A DNA stretch of 63,047 nucleotides, filler included, from Dugesia japonica (Eukaryota), in the NCBI GenBank assembly GCA_001938525.1. It is 6 parts of 6 records of this genome, joined end to end, with 100 filler letters (N's around TTAATTAATTAA, not from the genome) between each part and the next. Parts side by side here need not be neighbours in the genome. Positions count along the whole stretch, not along the records: positions 34,465 to 44,693 come from MQRL01496605.1; positions 44,794 to 53,385 come from MQRL01467906.1; 4 more parts are not named here. The stretch is one strand, 5' to 3'. The notes beneath the pieces are model-generated. The model had not been told where the DNA came from and searched no databases. It saw only the letters and a program-made list of their open reading frames with translations. Shown piece after piece: positions 37,616 to 49,188 of this stretch. Made by a program: the position numbers and the translations under genes. Numbering within the stretch: the stretch's first letter is position 1; the number at the start of each line of letters is the position of its first letter.

Positions 37616-39929
37616 AATGTTAAGTATATCGTCAATTAATAAATCATTTCGCAAATCACAACTAATATTTTTAGACATAATTTATTTCACTTCTAAAACA
37701 GATATTTGATAAGGTCATTATAAGTGATTACAATTAATTAAATATTAATTTTCAATTCAATTACTTTCTATGGGCTGAAATTATTAAATTTAAATTTAAA
37801 TCAAATTAGATTTCGTGTGTATTTTAATCAGTGTTTAATTTATAATAGGAAATTTTTATTAAGCATTAGATTAATTTGAAATAATTTCTAAATATTTATT
37901 AAAAAAGTAACATGTAATAGAGAATAATTGATTGAATAATTTTAAAATAATTATCAGAAAAAATACATAAAACTTAAATTTATGTGAAAACACATTAACT
38001 ATAGACAAATTTTAAAATATAAATAGTTAAAATTATGCTTTTTAAATTAGAGTCTCCGTCGAGGATTATAATAAAAAGTAATTCAAATTTAAGCAACAAA
38101 GTAACTATTCGAAAGAGAATTTTACGTTGAGTAAGAATAACATGGTCAAAAATCGTCAATCTTTAATCTTAATAAAATAATATTAAAAAATAAATGGCCA
38201 ATCATTAGATTTGAACCAACAAGTGATTTTTCATTTCTTGAAAAATTTATTAATGATGCTTTATTAATTTAATTGCAAAAAAATTTCATTGCTTAATTAA
38301 TTTTAAAACTTCATAAAATTTTTATTAATAATTTTACTTTGATTGAATTAAATTTCTGTGAAGATTTAATTAATTAATTGATTAAAAACCTATTAAAGAA
38401 CCTATTAAAAAGGTTAATAATAGGTTCATGAATAATTGGTTAGAAATTTAATGATTGAATAAATTTATACGTTTACAAGTTGATGATTAATTGAATAATA
38501 AAGCGCATAAGAAGGTTTATTTTTAAAGGATTTTATTACATTAATGTGAAAAATTTACCGGTCATTCACTGTAAAGTGTAGATTCAGTGCGAATTATGTG
38601 AATTATAGGGTTGACTAAAGAATAATTGATAAAAAGATTAAACCCTTAACTAGTGTGTACATTAAATGATTTTTAAGGATAATTGAACAGATTTAAACTG
38701 ATGAACGTTTTATAAAAGCATATAAAATAAAATTATTAGTACTCGATGTTCCCCAGAAAGAATGTTAACATTTGAAATCCTAATTTTACCAAGTAATTAT
38801 ATGAATGGATTAGTGTGTCATGAATCTTGGCAGTAATGAAATCATTATTTTCCATGTATTCATTTCCTAATTGATGTTAGAATGACACTAGAGTGGTATT
38901 CATATTATCTATCTTGCATTTGTATTGATGAATGGAATACTTTTATAATCAAATTAACAGTTGTTGATTATATATTAGTACATGAAAGAAGAAAGTATTA
39001 AAACTTGATGATAGCGAATATTGTACTGTTTGTATGTTAAAATCTGTAGGTTAAGACTTGATGATATAGTGATTTGTGTACTATGACTTAAGTTTTATGA
39101 TCGCAAATATTATACTTTATGTTAAGATTTGATTATAGCGAGTAAATTGTATTAATTGATTGATTAATAATTAATTGATTAGTAATTGATTAGTAATTAA
39201 TTGATTAATAAGTGATTAAGGCACATTTGTTTGAATGAACCTGTATTTTCAAGAATCCTTAACTAGTTTAAATTGATAAGAGTAAAATAAATAAACAATC
39301 AACTGAATTATTTGGCCTGGTTGAGTGAACAATCAGTGAATTGTATGAATAATGGAGTACCATTATGATAAATCCATAGAAAATTAAAATTTATCTGTTC
39401 CTCTGGAATATTAACAATTGAAGTAAATGTTTTACTAAGTAAATATATGAATAAATTAACAGGATATGATTCTTGCTGTTACTTGATGTTAATAAAGAAT
39501 AAAGTGAAACTTAATTTGGATTAGAAATATTAAGTAGGTATTACTTGCTTGTGAATTTGCTGTTTCAAATAATAAAATATAAATAAATCCCAATGTAGTG
39601 AGGCGTACTTACAACGAGTGGTTCATTGAATGTATCTGGTTTTATGATCTTAAATTCGATGATAAAACCTATATTTTTTATGTTGAAACCATTATTTCCT
39701 TGATAAAACATGTATTTTCATTATAAAATCCGTGTTTTCCATTAAACCTATATTTTATGTTAGAACTTGTATTTCACATGATTAGATCCTGTATTTTAAT
39801 GATGAGATCATTTCTTTATTTGCTGAAACTAATATTTTCTACAAAAACACGAAATTGAATTATATAAAATTAAAAAGTCTTTAAGAACAAAAACAAACCC
39901 TAATGCAAATAAAACACAAAAGTAACTTA

Positions 39930-40241
39930 TGTATTTCTTTTCATAGGCTTTACTTTTGCAAACTGATCAATAATATCACTTGTATTTAAGCTATCAAATA
40001 AATCTCTCTCAATTGATAAAATACTTAAATCATTCAATTTGCTCTGTCCCAAAGAGGATAAATAACTTTTTATTCTTTTTATTGCTGAAAACTAAGAAAA
40101 TGAAAAATGAATTTTTCTAAAACTAATAACTAAATACCTAATAATAACAAAAAATGTATATATCGCAAATAAAAATTTCCGCTCCAAAAGGCTTGCGCCC
40201 TGAGGCTAAAGCCAATTTAGTTCTGTGATTAGGGCGGACTG
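39930..40241 (-). mobile_element. hAT (ZMYM-type) dimerisation-domain fragment plus GC-rich terminus
   Basis: FSAIKRIKSYL.S.LGQSKLNDLSILSIERD...IIDQFA, with end sequence GCGCCCTGAGGC...AGGGCGGACTG. Confidence 0.7.
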
Positions 40242-40259
40242 TGTGTACGAGCATTTGAA

Positions 40260-40800
40260 TTGGAGGCTTTAACTCTTTCGCCTAGAAAAATGAAACAAAG
40301 ACAGAAAAATCACAAAGTGCTCCAAAAATAGCCACCAATGGTGTAGCGGAAAATGTTAAAAAAATTTAGAATTTTAGACCAAGACCCAATGAGAAGCAAG
40401 AAATTCAAATTAAAAATAGACAGCCAATGCAGAAGGAGTGCAATCAAAAATGGTATAAAGCCCCCTTGATTTTAGTCGAAAAAATAATTTATTTCATAAA
40501 ACCTAAGTGTTAAAGATTTACTCATTAATTTCGAAATATCAAAGGAGAAATTCTACGACTCAGTAATTATTCAATTGGCTTATCTATTTATTACTTAAAA
40601 GCAAAATTTATCACGAGTGATCAAACGAAAAAATCGAAACTATAGTTAAATCGGAAATAACTATTTTCAATTAAAAGGAAAATATAGAAAAGAGTACAAC
40701 ACCCATTCCGTGCGAAACCTCCGTGACTAGAAGAAAAACGATAAATAAAGAAGAAAAACATAAACCCCGTTGTAGGAACCTAAATTTAAAATTACAAGTA
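40260..40800 (+). pseudogene. Cassette ORF5 homolog on the plus strand (belongs with copy C)
   Basis: ENETKTEKSQSAPKIATN and YKAPL...YFIN...FEISKEKFY, ending near CCCGTTGTAG like the other ORF5 copies. Confidence 0.6.
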
Positions 40801-41611
40801 AATTTTCATTTTAATCGTGTGTTAATGTCAGTTATTTATGATAGTAACATTCTGTAATCAATAATAAAGCATTAATGATTTCCAATTTAATTATTGTTAA
40901 TTTTACAAATCATAAATAAAGAGAAGTAGAATTAAAGTATTTGTTTTTTAGCAAAACATGAATTACCATATTAGCATATCCTTCTTTTGATGGTTTTGAA
41001 GCAGGAGAACAGACTAGTCATGATAAAAATATGGATTGCCTTTACGATAATAGATTTCCAATTCCCTTTTTGTCAATTCAGATAAATCCAGTTACCAATT
41101 GTCGTTTTCTTAGCAAATTATAACTCCATGCCGATTGCCAATAAATGATAAATGAGTAATAATTTAATTCCAATTTGTCAATTATTGATTGATCCAAAAC
41201 TCTCGAAAACGGGCAATCAAGCCGGATCGTCCTATAAAGCAATGAAATCTATACCTAGCTCTAATTTCCAGTAGTACATGCTCGAGATTTTTAGAAATTC
41301 TATATATTAACCAAAATCAACAACCATCCTCACTAACAGATGACTCACTACGCTAATTTACAACAATAAATAGTTAAGTTAACACAACATTTTGGCAAGT
41401 GATATGTGTGTTAATTAAAACATAATTATTAATAAAATATAATAATTTAAATTAATTTTTACATAAAAAATCAAAAAAATTAAAAACAAAGAAACGTATT
41501 AATCTTTAAAAATCATATAAATACTACTTATAAAACTTAAAACAGTGTAGTTATGTTAACACAACATTTTGGCATGTGATATGTTTGTTAATGTGACGCG
41601 TCAGCAACATA

Positions 41612-41765
41612 ACCTAACAGGCATGTATGTACTTACTCACATAGTTTAGATATCAACCTCACGGCAAGATGCATGGTCAATCATGTATGCCTATTTTTCT
41701 ACACACTAGGAAGATAAGTATCCTAGGAAACGAATGATGATAATTTGATTTTCAGGCCTCCAGTA
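41612..41765. repeat. Inverted repeat arm paired with 44540-44693
   Basis: About 154 bp, with 2 mismatches seen against the reverse complement of 44540-44693. Inner ends read CCTCCAG|TA. Confidence 0.92.
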
Positions 41766-41941
41766 CTACATGTGTCTAATTTTTACCAATAATCCAAATC
41801 ATCGTATTCATTTTTACTAGGGGAAGTTGTTACGATTGAAAGCATAAAATAAGAAGGACTATAATTTCGAATAGCTGACAGTTTAAACTCCTGCTGAATA
41901 ATATCATTATTATCGTCTCTCGTCATTACGACGTTTATTAA

Positions 41942-42261
41942 CTATATATATAGAAAACTAAATGCGGCTTCGTCGTCAAGATCGTGCCAACGGATCCACG
42001 CCTCATTCCCCAAACGCTGGTATAAATCCGTTATGTAGTGTTGTAAAAAATCAATTTTATGTTGCAGAATCTGCTTTGTTTGTTCGGCTAAGTCGCCCTG
42101 CTTCTTAACTAAAAGGTCGAGTATTTTAATCAGTCTGTTCCGTTGAGTTAAGTGTCTTAGGAGTGCCCTTTCATTTTGGCGTCTGATATGCCTTTCTAGT
42201 AATAATTTTTGAGTCATTAGATGACAACGACGTAAGCTATTTGGGAGTTGAATTCGTAGCA
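41942..42261 (-). CDS. Cassette ORF1 (copy C), intact
   Basis: ttttag|TG-LRIQLPNSLRRCH...ALLRHL...FLQHYITDL...W.DLDDEAAFSF, with AATAAA at 41934-41939. Confidence 0.85.
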
Positions 42262-42412
42262 CTAAAATGAAGAACAATAATTAAAATGGAGAATCTTTTG
42301 ATCCCGGTTAGTAATTAATTAGAAAAGAAAAACTTTGTCTCAACTAAAACGAAAACTAAATCAATATAATTTAAAATTGTGTTTATTTACAAAGACATCA
42401 AAAGATACAGAG

Positions 42413-42772
42413 TCATGGACGGGAGGTTTGCGTGCCTTTGTCGATCATTACCGGCTCAAGCGACATTTTCTGTTTAAGCTCTAAAACTTCGTTAACCAGT
42501 TTATTTTCACGGTCATGGGGGGACCGGATGATCTCGGTGAAGGATTCTATTTGTGCTTTTATATATCCTCTCTTGAGCATGAGAAGCTTCTACTTTTTTA
42601 CGGAAAGCTACACATTTCGCCTTATATCGCCTGACTTTAGTATTTGAAACAGCCACGTCAGCCTCCCATCGACGTTTTGCAAGGCGATACAGATCCCATG
42701 TTATTTCGAGATCTTCGCTAGATTCACGCACTTTTTTAGTGGGAGCAGCGGAACAATTTAAGGATGAATGCA
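42413..42772 (-). pseudogene. Cassette ORF2 (copy C), one frameshift
   Basis: ttctag|TG-HSSLN...TWDLYRLAKRRWEAD...KCVAFRKKVEASH / DRENKL...LEPVMIDKGT. Confidence 0.85.
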
Positions 42773-42971
42773 CTAGAAAATATGATGTAATTAATGGCAC
42801 GAAATTTAAAGACTAAATATTAATGCCGTTATTCACAGATTATTTTTTTATGGTGGCAAAATGTAAATATAAAGTAATTCGGAAAGATTTTTAATTCAAT
42901 CAAAATGCACAGAGAAAGTTTTTATTAAAAATATGTCATTGAAAAGACGCACAACTTCAACACAATATAGC

Positions 42972-43391
42972 TTAATTATCAGTAGTGGCGTTGGCATTCT
43001 CCGAATTTTCACTTTCTCCGCCATTACGCACAACCCAAAGATTGTTTTGCAAAAATGTCGTTAAACTTGAAAATGGAGGAAAACGATCGGTAGAGATGCT
43101 GATCATAGAATGGCTTTCTACCAAATCACTTCTAGTACTAATTTCCTCATTATGAATTGGAGGAAAAGCCGCGATAGAATGGTACACAGCTCGCTTCAAA
43201 TCAGGGCCGTTCATTTCATAAAACGTACGTCGCTCGGCTGCGTACCATTCTCTTTCCTCCTCGGCTTCCTTTGCCGGTAAGTTAGAATAATTAGTAGATA
43301 CCCTCGCATCTTGGTTATCGGGGTTTTTATACCTTTTAAAGACCGTTCGGTCGGTTCTCTGATCCATCAAGACTTCCCAATTATATTCCAT
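42972..43391 (-). CDS. Cassette ORF3 (copy C), intact 139 aa
   Basis: cctag|AA-ATG, then MEYNWEVLMDQRTDRTVFKRY...EAEEEREWYAAERRTFYE..GPD. Three homologs in the window. Confidence 0.85.
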   Translation of the reverse strand: MEYNWEVLMDQRTDRTVFKRYKNPDNQDARVSTNYSNLPAKEAEEEREWYAAERRTFYEMNGPDLKRAVYHSIAAFPPIHNEEISTRSDLVESHSMISISTDRFPPFSSLTTFLQNNLWVVRNGGESENSENANATTDN

Positions 43392-43507
43392 TTCTAGGAA
43401 ATTATAGTAAACGTTTATCTAGATTAGCGAGATCATAATAATAATATATTCCATTTCTAGGAAATTATAGTAAACGTTTATCTAGATTAGCGAGATCATA
43501 ATAATAA
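43382..43507. repeat. 63-bp tandem duplication covering the ORF3 acceptor and ATG
   Basis: tatattccatttctaggaaattatag...gatcataataataa occurs twice. Confidence 0.95.
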
Positions 43508-43582
43508 TAATTTAGTAAATATGTAAAATCCAGATAATTATAGAAAACACATTTATTAATAAATATGAAACAAAGGAACATG

Positions 43583-43774
43583 TCAGCTTTCTTGATCACG
43601 ATCTACTTGGTGAGATTTACACGGAGAAAAAAGTTCTGCAAAACAGAGGAGATCCAACTCATCCGGGTGTAAAATTAGAGACGGAGACAAGATGTGCCCT
43701 ATTAATTGTTTCTTCCGTGATCGTTCCCGTTCTTGTAGGATTAATATATGGGTTTGTATTAAAATGTCGGTCAT
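43583..43774 (-). CDS. Cassette ORF4 (copy C)
   Basis: MTDILIQ...KKQLIGHIL...HPDELDLLCFAELF. Start chosen by alignment with the other copies. Confidence 0.8.
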   Translation of the reverse strand: MTDILIQTHILILQERERSRKKQLIGHILSPSLILHPDELDLLCFAELFSPCKSHQVDRDQES

Positions 43775-44539
43775 GAGCAGGTTGTTTCCTAATTGATATA
43801 ATATTAAAATGAATTCTAAGAAGACTACATGGTTTGCAATCAGAACACCGGCTGCTGTAATCCCGCTGGTTTCCCCTTGCAATGCCAGCAAAAATACTTA
43901 GCTTAGGGCACCTGGTAATTGAATTTATCAGTCCAAATTATTGTATAAAATAATATCGTTAATTAGTGATTAGCCTATTAAAGATGCTAATTCCGAAGTT
44001 AACTACATTTACAAGGATAATAAGTTCAGTAATTATCAGGGTAGAACATTGGAATTGCACCTGCTTTTGGTCACTACTAAACAATAATAATATTAGTATG
44101 ATTAATAGAAAAAATAATATTGATATAGTATTCACAAATTAGGATATTGCTCATCAGATTAATAACGGCGGTGTTTATAAAGACATTACTAATTTGGTCA
44201 TTCCTAGGACTAAACTTACCATAATGACATCGCGTTAAGAACTACATATAATAGTGATTACAAGATTTATATCGACAAGGTTAGCAATATTAATACGGAT
44301 ATTCACAATAACAATAATAACAAGGATATTATTAATAATAATACTAGTAATGATAGTACCCGTAATAATAATAATAATAATTTTATTAACAATAATACCC
44401 ATAATAATAATTTTAAGAATAATAATAATTATTTATACGGATTGAACACAGAGGAACATAATAACAAATACATACATCGTCACAATAATAAAGGTAAGGT
44501 AAAACCTGTCACCATTCGCAATCGTAATCCATATATATA

Positions 44540-44693
44540 TACTGGAGGCCTGAAAATCAAATTATCATCATTCGTTTCCTAGGATACTTATCTTCCTAGT
44601 GTGTATAAAAATAGGCATGCATGATTGACCATGCATCTTGCCGTGAGGTTGATATCTAAACTATGTGAGTAAGTACATACATGCCTGTTAGGT
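44540..44693. repeat. Inverted repeat arm paired with 41612-41765
   Basis: See 41612-41765. It runs into the contig end. Confidence 0.92.
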
Positions 44694-47364
44694 NNNNNNN
44701 NNNNNNNNNNNNNNNNNNNNNNNNNNNNNNNNNNNNNTTAATTAATTAANNNNNNNNNNNNNNNNNNNNNNNNNNNNNNNNNNNNNNNNNNNNCAATCAC
44801 CGACATCTGTTTTTTCTATATAATCGGAATATGTAGTTGTTATTAGTAATTTTACTTCAAATAATTTAAATTTACTTCTTAAATATAACTTGATCTGGCC
44901 GGAATCAATATCTGATAATTGTGATTAAGTACACAGATTTTTAAATAGATTTTATCTACACTGGTAGCTTTTTAAAAATATCCACTCTTTTTACAATAAA
45001 TACACTACACATATACACCTCTCTTTTTATAGCTGTTTGGGGTGTCGGTTGACTGAATGATTCAGCCTACCAATACATTCTCTGCCATCTCTTACTCACA
45101 ATCGCACACACCATCGGTATACTAGTCGTCACCGGTAATTGAAAATTTTATGAATTAAGTTTTGTCATCTTTTTTCAGGTTGTGGCTTGCATCTCATCTT
45201 GCCGATGTCCCGTCAATCATTGCACGATTTTGGAAAACTAGATCAGCATGTACTACTCGGTAAGTAATTACTGTTTTGCTTAAATGACTTCATTTATTTT
45301 CACTATAAAGATTATGGATTTTCCAATTTTGTAAGTGCCTAGACCGGTGGTTTATTTTCAAGATAATACTGATAAAGTTTCTAATTGCTATAACATTGAT
45401 AATGACGAATATTACTACATTACTAAAATTTTAACTTATTATATTAAATATTTAGGTCGCAGAGACCCTTTTAACATTTTATTATAATATTGTAATGTAT
45501 TTATACTATACATTTTAGTTACTGATAAACTTTCTGAAAAGTCCATTATATTCAACAAAATTTTATTTATGAAATTTCAAATCTTAAGAAACTGTTTTTT
45601 AAAAGCTGAATACTTAAACAACGTTTTGAAATATTTTTAAAAAATTCTTGAAATCTTTTTTTGAATTTTCTTCTTCAAACTTTAAATTGCAATTTTCAAT
45701 TTTTTATCCTTATCAAATTTACCTAACTTAATAAAAGCATTCAATACATTCGACCTATTTATTTCATCAAGATTACTTGATTACTCTATTCAATACAGGC
45801 ATAAAACCAATGATCACTGCAAACATAATACACCTTATAATCTAAGTCAAACATACTTAATAAACTAAAAACATTCAAAACTCTAAATAAACCAAATATA
45901 ATACACTCATAAAACTAATATTGTATCCACTAAACTAATCACCATACTTAATTAATTTAATCTGTTTACTTCATCGAATACAATTAATTATATCCAATCT
46001 ATATGTTTATTTCATTTTAACCAACTGAATTCATAAATTAATTAAATCAATTAGATTCTATACGAAATACATTGAACCTTTATGAACTCAAAAAATGTAG
46101 AGTTATATAAAAATATGAAAGAAATATTAACAGGTGTAAAACTTTAAAATATTACCAAGGAAAATTTAAATATAAACAGGAGCAAAACTTAAAACTATCA
46201 CTAGGGGCAAAAGTTTTTAGAACAACTTAAGCAAAAATAAAATACCTCCAGGGAAAATTATCCGATGAAAATTAATCGAATAAAATTAAATACTGTCAAG
46301 GAAAATTTTAAAAACCCAGCCGGGGTAAAATTAAAATACTAACCTGAGACAAAATTAAATACTATCGAACCAAAATTTACAATCAAACAGTTGTAAAACT
46401 CTAAAATAAAAAATTTTAAAAATACATAAAATTAACCTATGCGAAAATTCAAAAAAACAACTGAAAAATCTTATAAAAAATTAAAATCACTGTGGAAAAA
46501 TTTTAAAATACCAACAGTGTCAAAAAAATTACTGTGTAAAATTCATATATAAAAAAATCAAATACTACTGAGAAAACTTCTAAAATAAACCGGTAAAAAT
46601 TATCCGAGGAAATTTCAGATGTAAGAAATTAAATACTACATAGGAAATAATTTAAAACTAAACCTATGAAAATTACTACCAAATAAAATTCACATATAAA
46701 ATAAAAATTTAAAATCAATTCCAGATTAAACCTATGAAAAATACTACCGGGTAAAATTCATATATAAATCTATGAAAAATCTTATAAAAAATTAAATAGC
46801 ATCTGTCGAAAATTCTAAAATAACTACTTGAAAATTAATTACTCTAAAATTTCTAAAATAGGCCCATGAAAATTTAGAATAAAAAATTTAACCTAATTAA
46901 AATCAATCAAAAATTAAATACCACTGGGTAAAATTGTAGAATAAACCTATCAATGAATGAATAAACCTATCAATAATGAAAAAATTCTTATTAAAATTCC
47001 AAGTAAAATTCTTCTTTAATGAAAATATATTTGCTATTAGTTTTATAAAGAATTTATAATTATCATTATTATTTTGAATTTATTATTATGTGTGCACTAT
47101 TGTATAATTTATTATGTATTTATAATTATGTATGTTATTTATTAAAATGTAATGAAATTGAAAAATTAATATTTACAATAAATTAAAGTAGAATATTTAA
47201 ACAAGTAGAAAAAATCCCTATATAAATTTTAAAAATTAGGTAAATTTTTCAAAAATTGAAAAATTTTTCAAAAATTTTAACTAGGCACACAAAAAGTACG
47301 TGCACAAGTTATGTAATCGCACATAAATTTTGCTTGTCATCTGTTTACATTGCAAATTTTCCAA

Positions 47365-47411
47365 ACCACACGGAGGGGGGTAGTTTGGTGCGCTACTATC
47401 CTACTACTACT
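47365..47411 (-). repeat. Polinton-type terminus
   Basis: Reverse complement reads AGTAGTAGTAGGATAGTAGCGCACCAAACTACCCCCC. Confidence 0.7.
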
Positions 47412-47419
47412 AATAATAA

Positions 47420-49020
47420 TGTTGGGATTCCATCTAAGCAGTTCAATTTCTCAGCTTGTATCTGGGGTAACATGGCCTAGTAAAACCCCATAAAGAATTT
47501 AATCTGGTGTCCCGTTTCTAGATTTTCAGAATGGAGCCGTTAACTCGTAACTCATAGTTTGAGTGCATGTTCGCATTTCTTTTGTTCGGGTTCACACTCG
47601 CTCTGGTTTGGCAGACAACTTAGATATCAGTGTGAAGGTTATTGTGGGAAGTATATACTGGCATCTTGTTTCAAATATTATCATTGTTGGTATTATATTT
47701 CAAAATTAATNTAANATGGGNAATCGATAGATAATCTNCTAAGTTTGTCATGAATTCTTAATAATGCGAGTCAGGTAACTAATCGAGCCTTTAGTTCATA
47801 GTCCATTTTTATCCTTATTATTATTTTAATTAGCTTTTTTACTAACGTGGATTAGCACTAAAGTGACCATCCAGTTAGCGTTATTATCATGATTATCCTT
47901 ACTCTATTATATTTCATTACTTACTATCGCTACCCCTTACCATTATATCATATCGTCGTTAATCTGAATCATTAACTATTCATTGATTGCTTTTATTTGT
48001 AATTGTCATCACCAGACTATTATTATTCTAATTATTACGAATATTGTGTTTATCATTATGGTTATAGTCATTATTAAAGTTTGTCAAAAGTTTATACGGG
48101 TGAATAATTATTCTAAAGAAGCCTGACTTTCATTATTTTATTATTATTATTATCCCCTTGATTGACATCAATAGTCATTATTATTATTAGTATTATTATT
48201 ATTATTGTTGTCGTCTTTAACAAATCAGAAGTCACTAATTGAGGTTTATTTAATACTTTTCACTTTACTAGGAAAATGTATCTTTATTTTGCCATCAAAA
48301 ATCATTATTATAAATCATTAGGAACTGAAGTAATGAAACATTAGTTAAATATTACTATAATTGTTTATTACTAACAATTTTTTATCAATCGTTTTTATTA
48401 TTACTCAACATTATTAACATATTGCCATTATTCAAATTTTCCTAATCATTAAATTCATTACTGTTAAGCAGAAAAGAATTAATTATCGAAAATTATATTA
48501 ACATTTATCAATTACAGTACAAATTTGCTAATTTACATAATCTAAATAAAACTAACGTGAACTGCAGATCGGTCCGGAGCAAGAACGCTGCGCAATTGAA
48601 AATCACAGTGACAATCCGATTAATATTTATCTAAATCCGATTGAACACCATTACTGAAATCTATCTGTCCTTTTCAAACACTCGCGCAATAATAATTCAC
48701 TCTTATTCATTTGCACATCTACATGGTGTATCATAGATTTCATAATTATACACACTTTCATTGATTTTTTAAATTTCATTATTCTTGGGGCCTTTCCTAT
48801 CTCATTCACAGATTTCTGAGTCGAAACTGTTGCAATGGTTTTATTTTTATAAATCACCTTTTGCTCCTTAGTATGAATGTAAAATTGAATTATTTAATTC
48901 TATTTTTTGATTGATTTTTTCTGAGAATTTCAGTGGTATTTATATCAGTTTTCTGGTACACTCCCATTCTTTTTATTGGTTAATGGGTATCATTCGATTT
49001 TTCTATCGTTCCTATTTGCA
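47420..49020 (-). mobile_element. Giant LTR-like element, copy F (ORF1-4 deleted)
   Basis: TGTTGGGATTCCATCTAAGC plus hairpins, with segments homologous to 17270-17720 and 19640-20080. Confidence 0.65.
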
Positions 49021-49151
49021 AGAAACTAAAAATTCATGATTTATCGCATTGTGTAATAGACCATGTGTAATGTGTGTTGATTGTGTAATATTGAGGATTT
49101 TCGTAAACACTAAGATTCATCTGGAAAGTAACATAAACATCTTTAAAAAGC

Positions 49152-49188
49152 CAATTCCTGACGAAGACAAGGTCGAAATATCGAATTG
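49152..49188 (+). ncRNA. Minimal type-I hammerhead ribozyme (Penelope-like pseudo-LTR)
   Basis: CAATTC-CTGACGA-a-GAC aag GTC-GAAA-ta-TC-GAATTG gives stem I, the core and stem II, with a vestigial stem III. AATAAA lies just downstream. Confidence 0.7.

Noticed and set aside
41942-43774. Spliced-leader trans-spliced operon model for the cassette
   Set aside because: A flatworm SL ending in AUG would be out of frame with the ag|TG exons. It is not excluded for ORFs that have their own ATG.
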